A DNA stretch of 64,000 bases from Glaucostegus cemiculus (taxonomy: Eukaryota), in NCBI GenBank assembly GCA_976551045.1, contig CDPCPM010000062.1:4588001-4652000 (forward strand). The letters are read 5' to 3'. Shown here one piece after another: positions 12,039-26,214 of the stretch. The first letter of the stretch is position 1, and each line of letters starts with the position of its first letter. The position numbers were made by a program, and so were the translations under genes. The notes under the pieces are model-generated. The model was not told where the DNA came from. It worked only from the letters and a program-made list of their open reading frames with translations, and did no database searches.

Positions 12039-14731
12039 TAAACTCGTATACGTCGTCTATGTAATTCATACAGAGAGTGTCTCTTGAGATTAACTTTGAG
12101 ATGTCAAGGTGAACGTTTGGACTTAGTTAAGCAAAACTGATTTTTTAATTCAAGAAAGAAGGCAGCTTCTATACATGAAGGACACGTGTACTGAAGCTCT
12201 GGGAGAAAGAATTGACGGTTGTGGACCAGCTGCAATATAAAACTATTTTTAAAAATAAGGTGATAAGATGCGCATGCTTTAGATTAGGAACATTACAGTG
12301 GCTCTCACTGCCAGTCACGATTGGATATATGTTTGTTACCTTTTTTTGCAACTGAGCCTTCAAAAGGAGGGAAGTTAGTGCAGCAGTTCTACAAATAATG
12401 CCTGTTTATCGCTGCTTAGCCGACTAAAACTTGTCCATTTGAAAGGCGGATGACGACTTCGAATCTCTACAATAGATCCACGTTTATTTCCATAAATAAC
12501 AATCAGTGCTCCCCATCCCCCACCCCCATAATTATCCCAAACGAGAACATGCATGCAAATATCCAATTTGAAATTCATAGCAAAAAGAAACACCGTTTCT
12601 AATGAGTGTCGAATTTATATTAGTCATTAAAATAAGCAAGTGTGGTTAAATTCAGTTTAACATGTAAAAATCTGTATATTTTAGCTTTGGCCTCGATATA
12701 TAAACACCTTACCATTTAATACATAGCTTGGAATAATAAGATATTTGAAAACCGGCTATTTTATGCTCGCTGAAGCAATCCGTGTGTGTTTATTTGTACT
12801 TGATACATTGTGCTTCGTAATTTTCAGATGCTGTTTTTACTTTTAACTTTTCAAAGGGAAGGGATGCTACCCGTGATGGCATACTTGAGCACAAAGTATT
12901 GTAAATATTTCGCTCTTTTGGTACAATATGAATGTGTATAGGAATTGGGGTTAAAAGCTGCTGCTCATTCATCTATTCTTTTCACGGATTCCTTCAAAAG
13001 ATGACAAGTCTGCAGTATTTACAATATTGAAGCCATCTTTATCCGTGTGAACCAAAGACAGAAAAGTATTTTCATTAAACACATAAGTGTTTTATTGCAC
13101 AATGGTAACATTTCCTGTACATTCACCATATAAGCTTTTTATAGGCCGATATACCTATAGGCCGTATTGTACAAAAAATCGCCCACACGTTACCTGACAA
13201 CATATACCAGCCCCCAAATCACTTCTGTTTATTTTATCAATTTAATTTAAATGTTTCGTTGTGGCCTTTGTCATTAACATCATCAGAATAGCTTATTTTA
13301 TTGTTCATTCTCATAAAATGACAGATGACAGCGGTTGGCTGCTCGCCGTTATCTTTATTTTTGGTAATTCTATTTTATTTTGCAAAACACTGAAATGTAT
13401 TAAAAGGCTGGAATATGCATCACACAAGTGGTGTTTTTTTTACATTAAGCATTTAGGTTTCGAAAAAGAACACCAATTCGTTTAAGAGCAAAGTCTTAAT
13501 CAGATGCTGTTTAATTAAATGTGATATCGACATTTGCTTAACATTTGTATATAATTTATATTTATCAATTTGACTAAAGTGGGGTAAAATTGCATGTCCA
13601 CGTTCAGAGAGCGCACAATTGGATTTAATGTGGAAAAAGTAATTAAGGTGCTTTTTCTTGAGGGCGAACTTTGTTGGGTATTCAAGCCGAAACTAAAACA
13701 CCTGCAAAGTATTGTATTATTGTTCGTTTCATGTACGTAATAAACAACCATTAAAGCTGGAGAACATTCCACATCTGTCTACATACATTGGTACGTTTTT
13801 CTTTAGTTTATTTTCTGGAAACTAAGACATTCAGATCAAATTTCGGACAATGCAATTTCAGTTAGCTTTCCCTTAGCTCAAGTTATAGTCCTGTCACGTT
13901 GAAAGTCGCATGCTCATGTTAACAAAATTAGACAAAATGTCAAAAATTATATTGGTTTTAAATTTATTCTGCAAAAAAAAAACCAAAAACTCTCACTGGG
14001 GAAATTTTGCGAATCCTTGCTCTCGGTTTGGCAAATGTTCGACTACGTTTGTTTAGATACATAAGGACGTCCACCAGAAGAGATTGCAATACATTTCAGT
14101 TGTATTACAATATCTTTAATGCTGGTTTTCATTCTGTTTTCCTGGTTGTTTCCTGGCTTTGAACTTCTGTTGCGCCGTGGACGTCACCTCTAACCTTGGG
14201 GGTGAAGGGATAATCAGCCCTGAAACTTCCATTCTTTGGTCAGACTCCCGCCGGAGGTGACGGGAGACCAAAACAAATTATAAGAGATTGACCAAGTACA
14301 TTGGCGGAGATCCTAGCGAGACATGTTCTCGTATCATGGAAGTTTAATGTTGCATGTGAGGTTGTTTTAATAATGAATGATACTAACCGTGATTAAAGAT
14401 ATGAGTTAGCTTTTATACCTGCAGAAGAGGGAGTTAAGACCGATGTGGTAGCATATTAAGGGGCTGTGGCATTCAAGGCAAATGACATGGGATCGTCTCT
14501 GTTGCTGTGGTTACAAACAGCGGGACAAGTCATAAAGTCCTTTTTTAATTGTAGCTATCTGTTTTTTTAATATTACCGCAGTAGATTTAAAATTCCAAAT
14601 GCGGCGAGCATAAGCAAAATTTTCGAGTTTAATTGTTCTCCCTTTCTAGATATCGTTTTGCGTTCGTTCAATGTTTCTGCATAACTTCGGCAGGGAGCTG
14701 TGACAATGAATTCTTCCAATTGGACACACAG

Positions 14732-14747
14732 TCCACATGGTGGCGCC
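14732..14747 (+). promoter_or_regulatory. Candidate CTCF motif (A11|A10 interval)
   Basis: tCCACATGGTGGCGCc has two mismatches to CCASYAGRKGGCRS. Confidence 0.45.
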
Positions 14748-16670
14748 ATTTAGATCAATGTCAAAGCCGCTTTGGGGCAGCAAGAAAATATAAGGAAAAA
14801 TACTTTGTCGCTGTTCCAAAGTGCGAGTTTAAAGAGAGGTATGTGACTTTTCGAAGGCAAATTTTAAACCGAACCTCTCTGTTTGACAAATTAAATCCAA
14901 TGCATATTGAATGTCCAAAAGAGCTCAAAAATAACAGGGTTTTTTTTTTGCTAACAGAAGGTAGGTGATCGGGTTCCATGCAGATACGACATGGATACTT
15001 CAACTGAGAAATGTTACCACACAATTATCAAGGAGGAATTCAACAGCTAACGTTACAATTAGTGTGAGATTTGAATTCGGGTGGAATTTTTTTTAAACTG
15101 CTCTCATTTCATTAAAAAAATAAACATCTGAGAAAGAGAAAGTGCACGGAATTGTCTTCAGATACAACAGACTTCAAATGACTTTTGAAAATAGGTTAGA
15201 AAATACAATAAACTTGTTTCTTAAATAAACCACGAAAATGTTTTACAATAATAACAATGCAAAATGTGCTTTGTTGAATTTGCCAGTTAAGAAGGAAAGG
15301 TTTATATTTGGAGTTGAATTTCTGGTATTCGTTCTTTTATTTTTTCCTCCCGTTTTTGCTTGATATTACATGATTTATTTTATCAACATAATACTACTTA
15401 TTGGACACCAAGAGATATTATCTTAACATTTCATCGGCAATGTTAAATTTCATCCCCCCCAAAAAAAAAGAACATAATGTAATTTTTAGACATATGCTGG
15501 AGAAATGACCATATGTATTTTTCAAAACGTTCATAGGGCTTAAATGTGCTCAACCGCTGATGTTTGATTTAGTATTTAGGATTCAGAGCATTTCCGTAGC
15601 TTATCTATTCTCTGGTCTGGTCCGTTTCCCATTTATTATTTACTTTTTTAACGAAAGAATAAACATATATTCTTTCATTGAAAAGTAACAGTCAAATTAT
15701 CACAGTTTTATCTGTTTCTTAAATATTGATTGAATGTTTAAACTTCAACCGAATCATGTAACTCGGCTAGATTTCCTAATTTGCCCACACTGTTGTTTAT
15801 ACGTTTTAGCGGGGTAGCGCCTGTTCAATTAATTGTGCATTTTTAAATTATGACGAAACATTGTAAAACATTTTGTGCATATTTTTCCAACGTATATTCG
15901 ATTATTTTTCTCGCACTGCTTAATTTTAACAGTTAGTGTATAAATTAAATTAATCTACTTCTGCAGATTATTTCTCTTATTTATTGATATCTATTGACCA
16001 TTTTGTGTTTTTAACATAGACGACTAATTAACAAGTGGGTGCGAAGTAATTTAAAATTGGCCAAAATTTATCATCAATTTGGAGCATATTAAACTAAAAT
16101 TAAGTGCGCGATTGTATACATTTTGAAGTACATTTCACATGAAGATTATACTTGCTGATCGTTTCTTGCGGGAGATCGGAGGTTAATTTTGTCTTGCACA
16201 GCCTTGCTTTCAGTAACGATGGCCTATGTTAACTAGCTCGGCTAAACAATGTATAAACATGATACTCGTGACAAATATTATTGCGTTAGATTGTTGTGGT
16301 GGATACGAGTACTGTGGTTTTGTTCATTGCATGCTTGGCTGTGTATTTGTAACCTTGTGCGACTGTGCTAAGCTAGTAAAAGGTTTCGTTAAAACGTCAA
16401 TATTCATTAATTATTGGCTATGGAATTTTTCAGCTAAATTGTGAAAAATTACCTTCTTTATATATTTGAATAATTCAGCCAACCTATCCTGTCCCTTTCA
16501 CTGTATTCCTTTGTTTCAAACAATGTAACAAAATGGCAACTTCCAATTATTATCTTCTTATTATTTAATGACGTGTTATCAAGAATGTCATGAAATGTAT
16601 TCCTATCAAGAATCAGTACAACTTCAATATTTAAAGCATACCATTTGGAAGCTGAGACAATCTTAGGCCA

Positions 16671-16686
16671 CAGCGCCCTCTGGGTC
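16671..16686 (-). promoter_or_regulatory. Candidate CTCF motif (A11|A10 interval)
   Basis: Reverse complement GACCCAGAGGGCGCTG matches the 3' core of the CTCF consensus. Confidence 0.4.
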
Positions 16687-18635
16687 TAGAATTAGTACTT
16701 GCACCTCAGCACAATAGTTATTCTGTTTTTGGGTGCTGTATAAAGTGTGTTCGGGTATTGCAGTGCTAAATAAATTTAATAACCAGAATCTAATAAGGCA
16801 ACTAAAAATAGATCTTAGCTTCGAAGGGCAATTTAAACGTTCATGTTTGCCCGAACGATATATGCAGAATGTCAATGGTAGCCTATTTGTTAAAGGCCAG
16901 ATCATTAATAAGAGACAATTTCCACAACTGTTGTTTCCTCTTGTTAGGGAGATCAGGTTTTCTGCTTCAGAAACTAGTGCATTCTAGTTTTCAATTACTG
17001 AAATTCGGTCTTTCGAGTGTGAGAAAACATTAACCCTTTGATTAAATAGCTGATGATTTGATTAATATTAAACTGGATCAATCTCGAAAATAAACTGTGG
17101 AAAGAGTAGGCATTGTTTATGTGAGTTTGCCAAAAATATAGAACATTGAAGGATGAATTTTAAAAAGTACGATGAGCTAAAGAACAAACATAAGCTCCGT
17201 GTCCAACTCCCCAACTCTTCGGAAAATAAAACAGTTTAGACAAACCGAAACTGCTTATTTATTTTTAAAAGGTCAATTTCTTCTTTTTTTTCTATTTCTA
17301 ACAAAACACTTTACAAAAATGATTCATTGTGTACAGTTGGCTGCGTGTTTGAACCGTTCACATCTATTTTTACAAATCACTCTTTTACCTATCCCTTTGC
17401 AACAAAACTTTCGCTATGTTCGCTGTAAGCCCCTGAAAGAGGGTACCAATATGCCGTAAAGTATTTCGCAAAAAGAGAGTTTATTTCTCCGACAGTAAAT
17501 TGTAAAATATGATAGAAGTAGTTACAGTCAGTTCCTTATCTGAAAAGATGGGAGGGGGTATAGTAATGAAAGTTAACTATTTATAAACAGAACCGGCATG
17601 TGCACACTTCATAGTTGAAGAAATTACCATGTATTTTGCCTTAATAAGAAGACAATACTAGATTATAGAACGGCTTTAAATTGAACATTAATGCCACGAA
17701 TCCTTCATTGTCTGACGGTATCAAGTTATTGAATGAAACGTTTTAGACAGAGTAGATTACTGATGTGAAGAATTTGATGCGATTGTACATTTTACGCCAA
17801 CTCTTTATTTTCAACGTGGTGCATAACATGGACCTTTTTGGTTTGTGACTCGACCCCTGCTGCGTCACCTTCACCGTGGCCTGTGTAACTGAATTGCCGC
17901 TTTTTTTTTGTTATAAAGCCAATGAGCTATTCTGCCAGCGTGAAAAAAACTCTCAGACATGTACCATAAAGAACATGGATAATAAAATCCAAATCCGTTA
18001 GTCAGATTATTGCAAATCCTATATTTAACAAAAAAAGTAATTTAAAATAAATGAAAATCATCTATGTATTTCAGCAAAATCTAATCAAAACCTCGTTAAT
18101 TTTAAAGCCACAAAGAATAATATGAGTTTGCGCAATTCTGTATTTATTTGCATGTATTTTGCATGCGTGGTTTCTGCATAATTTGAACAATTTTACCTGT
18201 AATCTCTAAGAGGAAATTAACATCAGGATTATTCAAGATCTCGTTTCATTAAAAAAAGATATCTCAATTCACAATTCGGCACAGCTATTTACTCTATTCA
18301 GTTTATATAGTAGATTTTAAAGACCCCCACCCTATTTTCATCTGAATATGTTTTGGATTGTTAAAATGCTGTTCTCAATGAGCAAGCCTAAATTGAAGTG
18401 TGCAAGTCTTCACTATAAATACAAGCGCTTGATTTCACTCATAAAAACCTTTACCTTGTGGAATATTGTTCATTGTTCACGTTCAAAGTCGATTAATTCA
18501 TTTGAAATTGTACAATCCAATCGCATTTTCTCAGCTTTTTTTTTAATTTAAAAAGGGGGATACCAGAGTTTAATTGTACATAACAGTATAATAGCTGATC
18601 TGAAACAAGATTAAAATAGCACAAATGGATTAGGT

Positions 18636-18745
18636 CTCCCACGTTACAACAGGGTCTGCACATCAAAAAAAGTACTTCATTGGCTGTAAAGCGCTTTGGG
18701 ACGTCCCGAGGTTGTGAAAGGTGCTGTTTAAATGCAAGTCTTTTG
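18636..18745 (+). mobile_element. 3' tail fragment of a Deu-domain/L2-partner SINE (SacSINE1/AmnSINE1-like)
   Basis: ttacaacag..aagtacttcattggctgtaaagcgctttgggacgtcc.gaggttgtgaaaggtgct..taaatgcaagtctt matches the remembered 3' end of shark Deu-SINEs. Confidence 0.75.
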
Positions 18746-21096
18746 TCTCTGTTTTAAATTGTTCGAGGCATGTTTACGGAAGTCTATTTAAGCAGGCAAT
18801 TGAAAAATACTATTATTAATATTATTTTATTCCAAACCATAAAACAGTCACGCGTCCATCCTTGTTATTACTCGACGTTTCATTCAATCCTGTTGTTCGA
18901 CTTAGGCATTCTTTTTTTGTTTTCTGGCTTGATTTCCGTTTATTCTGCATTGAAATTTGGGTGTAAACGATGCATTTAAATTGAAGTCTTAGGCTCACGA
19001 TTATTTTTAGATTAAATCAATATACAAAAAAAAAGTCCCAAAATAAATATAGGTGTTCCCGCAACAGTGCTGTGGCGACAGTTAACTAGATTAGTTAGGA
19101 CTGTCGATTTAGTGGACGATAAGATTTAGTGAATTTTGATATCCTTGATTTTTATATTTTCTTGCCTGCGATCGATCGGTGTTAGTTTGCATTTTAATTG
19201 TTAACCGTATACAAAGTTTCTGCTGCATAACTTTCTGAAATTGTAGAATAGTGTTTCTGTTTCAAAGTGTTTTATGTTGTGTGCATCAGATAGAGAGAAA
19301 CGAAGCACTTTAATTCCGCTGGTTCTCAGTCTTATATTAGGTCAGCCTCAGACTGACATATAAGTCTAGGAAAATATCCTTTACCTGTACATTCTGATAG
19401 GCAATTGTATTGGGATCTCGGAATGGTTGCCTGTAAAGCCATTGAATGCATAAGCAGTTAAAGGGTGACATTCTTTTCTTTATCTTTGAGACAAAAAGCA
19501 ATTTATCTCGTCGACTTCCCCAGCAATCTTAGAGAGTCACAAATAACTGCTATTACTTTTAAAAAGGGCGATATGTGTTAACGCAGAGCCTGCAGCTTGT
19601 AACTATCTGCTCTGGTTCCCTGTACGAAAAGATCTCACTGCGTACATACAATGGCCGATACACTTGAAGGGTGACGAGTTTTGTTTTGAAGTTCACAAAG
19701 TGTTGGATAGATGTTGTTACTCCAAAAAAAGAGCTAAATAATTATAAGCGATCTCATTCAGTGCTGATAGCGGTGAATATGTGAGTTTTCTCCTTGGATC
19801 TTTATCCGGAAAAGAGTGAAAGGCATCCAGTCTGGCCTTCAGTCTTAAGTTCACGATCTAGGCTAACAACGAGTCCGAGCTGTGAGTGGGCATCGCTTGC
19901 TCAGTTTAGACATTGAAATCGCTTATTTACTGAAGAACCACTATTCGCTCCACTACTATCTATGTTCCCCCCTTTTATCACTGACTGGAAAACATATTAT
20001 TTACCTCGTTTGCTGCAGCGATTCAAGACGTGTGTTTATTGCTTACGCGTTGATGGAGAAGTGTAGAAATCTTGAAATACCCACGATCGAAATAGCTTGG
20101 CGCAAAGAGATTTGTCTTCGTTATTCTTTCTTATGTCAGATAGAACGCACTAATCGCCACAAAAAGTACTGTACAACTTGTTCGGAATTATGCACTTTCT
20201 ATAGCCTATTTCTTTAGTTTATTTTCTTCTCTAGCCAGGTTCCTGAAATATACGATAAAGACATTTCATCTCCCCAAACTCCTCGGCAGAGTTAACCACA
20301 TTTCTTAACTGTTACCAATGTCGTAATTAACAGTCACGTACACCTTAGAAGCAAGAAAAGAAACTTCTTTCCCGCAAATCCTTGCTGCTTCAATTACTTC
20401 CTGGTGTGGGTTTTTTAAATGTGCACATGAGACACACGGCCCTCGCTCTATTCCTATCCATAAAGTTGAGAAAGGCCTGTAGTGTCTTAGAAACTGGAGA
20501 AACCAATCCACTATCCCCATTACAGTTTTACTGGGAAATTGGGTTATAGACGTTTAAACCTTTCCAAAAATACACCAATAAAATTATCCAAATATGGTAT
20601 CAATTTATTAAGCAATGAAACATTTACCAAGAGAACCAGATAAATATCAAGCCTCCAACACATAAATGCGCCGCTTGTTAGCATTGGTGTACAGTAGCCT
20701 GAACCTTTATATATGAGACTCTGGCAGAGATGGTAATTGTTATTTTTCCCCATTAAATCTTCGTCTGCTCCCATGATCATACGTGTCATGGGCACAGTGG
20801 GACTGCAAAGGGAATATTTTCAAAATTTTCGATACAGAACATTCAGGTTTTTATAGGTTTTCTGGACGGCCGTGATAATTCTAAACAGTCGTTTGTGCTT
20901 AAAAAACAAGCATGAATAAGGAATCCTCCGAGACGGCCCCTTAACAAACACGATGCGTGTAAAGCCGGCCTTCATATCCCGCTGACTTTAACTGAAACGA
21001 TATTTTAAATAACCTGCTTTAGATTAACAACATTTTCTGAGCTTTAATCCAGCGCCAGAAGTTAAAATAACTACAATTGGAATAACAGTGCAGAGA

Positions 21097-21146
21097 TGGG
21101 GGTGGGGGTGGCGGTGGGGAACGGGGTGGGGGTGGGGCGGCAGGGT
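21097..21146. repeat. G-rich (GGGGGT)n-like tract, potential G-quadruplex
   Basis: Multiple runs of 3-5 G separated by short loops. Confidence 0.6.
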
Positions 21147-22544
21147 GAACATTTTGATTGCGGCTTAAAGATGGCTCGTAGCAAAACACAGTAATCTTAC
21201 AGATTGAACATTACATCCCAGCCTGAAAACTACATTTTCGGCGTCATTGCTCGCTGCACTTTATGACAGAGATGGCCGAACAAAATACATTCAGCATGAC
21301 TGACACACAGAAATGTTTCCTATTCAGATCTACAATCATATATATTGGGCAGATATGCCACAAATGTACCCAGTTAAATTCTTACCTTGTATTGGACCAA
21401 GGGTGAGTCCATTCTATCTTTCTGTATGTGTGTGTGTGTGTATGTGAGTGTGTGTTTGGGAGGGGCACGTTATTGTTTCATTAATTTCTATAACAATCCA
21501 CTAATAATAAGGATAATAGCCTTAGTTTCTGAATAATCATCTTTCACCTTAAATTGGGGGAAAAAGCTCACCAATCGAAGGTCACACTACGACACTGAAA
21601 TAAAAAGGTAGGGCATTTTTTTCCCCCTTCTTTGGCTTCATTTCTAAGTTATCTTTGAATGGGACGGAGTGACAAAATCTGGAGGGAGCTTCTGCTTCGC
21701 GCTTTGTTTTAAACTTGATCGAGTTGTAGTTAAGACGCTTGTAAATTTTATTTAACTGTAATGCATTCTATTTTTAAGACGAAATGATGAGGTCGATTTT
21801 ATAGATGTGGTAAACGATGTATACTCTGGCCCAGCCAGTCGAAGAACAGATGATAAAGTACTTGGAAGGAAATGTTTTCTATTTCTTGAAATTGTAAATT
21901 GGTATGAAATATCAAGAATTGTCATAATTCAGTCACACTCAAATATACATGCTGTAGAAATAGGTGGCTGGATACAAAATAAGTGGTTGTTTTATTAGTT
22001 TGTTGACTCCGACCTTCTACACTTAACCTACAGAGCTACTGTAAGTTCCATTAACCCAGTACACTTCAAACTACAAAGGGCAGATATACAATCACGGATT
22101 TGTATTTCAGGAGTGATTCTACAAGGAATGGCAACAGAGGTAACAATCAGTAAAGACCCAGTGTGGATCTGAGTTACAGTGATTACTCTGAAACTGTTGC
22201 AGCAGCCGGCTGGGTAATTACAATCAGACCCGTGAAAGTCAAGATTACTTATGTTTTCTCGCGTGTATCCGTCTGTGAACCTCAACGCCTGATTAAAAGT
22301 GTATAACATAGAACTAAAACTTTGTTCTTTTTGTCAACTGCATGTGCGTATAATTAAAAGTATGTAAATAACCACTACTTTGAAACAGTTGTGTAGCTTC
22401 GCGTTTTGCTGAAACTTGTAATATTGAATTACATTTTGTGCCCTTCTATTATTTTACTTGAAGGACGTGATTCTAATAAAGTAGAACTGAGTAAATAAAG
22501 ATGCATTTAGACGCTTTTGCAGTTTACCGAATACATATGGTGAC

Positions 22545-22728
22545 CTTATTGCAGTTCTGGTGACGTAGCCCGGCCATGAAGGAGGGGCTTATGCCCAGTT
22601 CTGCCTTTTGATTGGCTCGTCCCGCCTGTCGTGCTGCGGAGGTATCTCTAATCATATTCAACGTGTTTGCACAAGAAATGTCAGCCTGAACTGGATATCT
22701 TCTGCTTTCGCCAAATTACCCCACAACA
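22545..22728 (+). promoter_or_regulatory. HoxA10 proximal promoter / 5'UTR
   Basis: TGACGT CRE, inverted CCAAT (gattggc) and a conserved leader ending at the ATG. Confidence 0.6.
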
Positions 22729-23488
22729 ATGTCATGCTCAGACAGCCCGGCTGCAAACTCCTTTTTAGTAGATTCTCTGATCAGCGTGGGCCGTGGCGGG
22801 GAAGGGACCTATTACCCCAACAACAGCGTCTACCTGCCGCCTGGCTCTGATCTATCATACGGCATCCAGAACTGTGGACTTTTCCCATCTCTGAGCAAAC
22901 GCAGTGAGAACAACTCTCAGAGTATGGTCCTGACTTCTCATCCCTACATGAGCGGGATGGAGGTCTGGTCAGAACCTCCCAGGTCCTGTCGCATGGAGCA
23001 ACCTGCAACCCAGCAAGTAGCAGCATGTTCCTTCCCCCAGAATATCAAAGAAGAAAATGCATATTGCTTATATGATTCTGAGAAATGTCCAAAAAGCGCG
23101 GCAGCAACAGATCTTTCCACGTTTCCAAGGCTAACATCAGATTCGTGCTCCAATAGTGACACTACTACTAGCGGCGGGGTTCCTGTGCCCGGCTATTTCC
23201 GTCTGTCCCAAGCCTATCCGGCATCCAAACAGACACTTTATAACAACACTGGGCAGGTTGGGGCCTCTCCATTCGTGCCTCAGTCCCAGATCCGTTTTGG
23301 AACACCCCCTTCTTCAGCTTCGACCCCGAGTGAATTGGGGAGAAAAGGAAGCGATGGGACATCCCCCGGCCATTTAACTTGCGGTTCGGAAAGAGAAGAG
23401 GCAGAGGCTCCGGCTTCTTCAGCAAACGAAGAGTCTTCTCCAGTCCCTTCAGAAAGCAGCAAAAACTCTCCTGAGAAGGAAACAAAAG
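22729..23488 (+). CDS. HOXA10: HoxA10 exon 1
   Basis: MSCSDSPAANSFLVDSLIS, PPRSCRMEQP, CSFPQNIKEE..YCLYD and VPVPGYFRLSQAY motifs; donor AAAG|gtaggt at 23489. Confidence 0.96.
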
Positions 23489-24944
23489 GTAGGTACATGA
23501 GAGACAGTGGGCGATTTACAGAGCTAGCAATCCGAAATGGTTAGACGTGGCAGGTACAGCCAACAAGCCTAACAAAGGGGGGTTTATTTTGACCTTGTGA
23601 ACTTTTTATTTTTGGGCGTGAGCTATGCTGTAAAAATTAATGCGTACTATAGTTTATAGCATGAGCCCACGCTCCGGAATCAATTGTACTCACATTCTAA
23701 ACTTGTCAGATAAGTTACAAACCACGAATCCTTTCTGCAGTTATTTAAGTGTACCGCATAGAAGCACATATTTGCACACAGAGTCCAAAGTAAATAAAAG
23801 ACAGCCAATAAATAATACTCAAAGGAACCCAGGGACGTTTTATGATCTAGCGCGTCTTTCCAGAAAAAGGTTCAAATAAAAAATAGGAAAAGTTTTCAAA
23901 ATAATAAAAGATAATTCTGTCATATTTTGCTACAAGACAATTTGATGCTATTAATTCAGTATAAAATCATTCCTCGTGGGATTTTGTTTAAAAAATATGA
24001 AAATAGATGTTAAAAGGCAGATTTAGGGGTTGCCTAGTTTTTCTCTTACTGTATTTAAAATTCATCAGTTAACTATATTGGAGCACCACAATAGAAAAAT
24101 TAAATGCCCACCGATCATTTCGGTTGTAACTGTAACGAACTTCCGAAGAAAACACTTGAATAAGTTAGTTCACGTGAAAAAAGTGAGGAATTGAAAAGGC
24201 AAGAGACTTAAAGCTTTCAAGTAAAGAGGAATATTTTCGATCTGTTACATCTGGAGTTATTTGCTCAAACGAAAAATCTCGCTTAATCTCCTTATATTAT
24301 TGGCATGGATGAAGATAGGTTTTGTTTGATGTGAAACGGAAAAATAGGGTAGAAAACTTGAAAGTTTGATATGATAGCAGAGGGAAAGACACACCTACTG
24401 GTGTTCAGCAAAATATTGAATTTTATGATAATTACAGGAGTATTTTTCTTTTAGTGAATATCCAACTGCATTGGTATTAATCAAGCACCTTGAAAGGGAC
24501 AATGAATGAGACTCTTGCAGAATAAAATGAAATCAATCTGACAGTGTCACTCTAAGTACATAGATTCTTGACAATTGTTTAACATATATCTAATACTATT
24601 AAAATAAATTTTCAAACTAATTTCATCTTCATCCTAAAAGACCCCACGGTTCACTGTAATACCACATAGTCCTCCAAATCTGTTTAAATCATGAAATAGT
24701 CCAAAATGTGTTATTTTTTTATGTGAACATACACCAAAGGTATTGACAAATACGGAAAAATGGTACCATACATTCATAAGATTAAAAGTGAACATTTAAA
24801 ATAAACCGAAGATGCAGCACCTTGAATATTTCATATTACATCTAAAGATATTGTACCTATTTTTTGGCACAATACCATGAAGAATATAGGTAAAAGCATC
24901 CATTTTATCACAAGTAGGTTCCCATTGAAATTTTTTTGATGAAA

Positions 24945-25085
24945 CTTTCTTTTCTCTCTCTGGAATCTGTTTTCTCTCTCTCTCTCTCTCTCTCTCAATC
25001 TCCCTCCCCCCCCCTCTCTCTCTATCTGTCTGTCTGTCTCTTTGCTTTCTGTTTCTTTCCTTTGCTTTCTGTCATTTTTACCTAA
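24945..25085. repeat. Long (CT)n/(CTGT)n pyrimidine tract before the HoxA10 acceptor
   Basis: About 140 nt of near-continuous pyrimidines ending at cctaatag|. Confidence 0.85.
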
Positions 25086-25088
25086 TAG

Positions 25089-25363
25089 GGGAAGTGAAAG
25101 CTGAAAATGGGGCTAACTGGCTGACTGCAAAGAGTGGCAGGAAAAAACGATGCCCTTACACCAAACATCAGACCCTGGAGCTGGAGAAAGAGTTTCTTTT
25201 CAACATGTACCTGACTCGAGAGCGTCGCCTAGAGATTAGCCGCAGTGTCCACCTGACTGACAGACAGGTCAAAATCTGGTTTCAAAATCGCAGAATGAAA
25301 CTCAAGAAAATGAACCGTGAAAACAGGATTCGGGAGCTCACAGCTAACTTCAGCTTTTCATGA
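25089..25363 (+). CDS. HOXA10: HoxA10 exon 2 (homeodomain); spliced protein 344 aa
   Basis: Acceptor tag|GG; [86 protein letters not shown]. Confidence 0.97.
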
Positions 25364-26214
25364 TAAACACAGACACTGGTTTGCATATTTTAGCCGGACA
25401 CCGGGAAGTTGTGCTAGTGTTACTGAAAGACTAAAAACTTTTCCACTTACCTCTGACTTCTCAGCCCTGTGCTGATTGTAGATAAATACGATTTATGTGT
25501 TTTTTGTTTTTATTTGTGGCGCTAGTCTGTTTCTGTATCTATAATAATAAGTGTTGCCATCGATAAAGGCATGCACAGAAGTTATCGTCCTATATGACGA
25601 TTTTCCAAACAACTGCGGAGGGATAGGGTTGGGGGGGGGGGGGGGTGGGGGGTGGGGAAGCAGGGTGGTGAACATGTCAACAATCATTTAATTGTGCTAG
25701 TTACCAATTATCAGCTAAGTAAATCGAACATTGTAATATTTAAATACATTCTATGCTGTTAAAATAGTTCCAGGATGATGTTACTACCATATACCGACAT
25801 GTTGATAAAAGTTAAATGTGAATATGCTGTAAAGTGTGTTGTTACATAAATATATCACATGCCATGAAAGGAAGCACCATTAGCACATTTAAATGTGAAA
25901 CATTGTTGCAATCACGAATAAGTACAGTGTCGGACCTTTTATTCAGTGCCGTCGATTCACTTTTAAAAGAAAATAAAATCAACTAGAATTGATTCATTTT
26001 GGTTTTGAAAAGATGAAATACTCTTACTGGAAGACTCAGATTATGCCTAGTCCTACTGCTGCTACACTGTGTACGTTAACAAAAACTTGTGTTTTCTGGA
26101 AGATGAATAAAACGTATTTCGTCGGAGTCCTTTGAGATAGGTATATGCACATTGTTTTCACTTCATTTTGTGTTCGGTGTTTTTTCTTACCTTTATCTGT
26201 GGAGGAAGTTTACT

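Noticed and set aside
11866-12069. Minus-strand ORF with a CVCVCV run
   Set aside because: It is a translation of the CA microsatellite.
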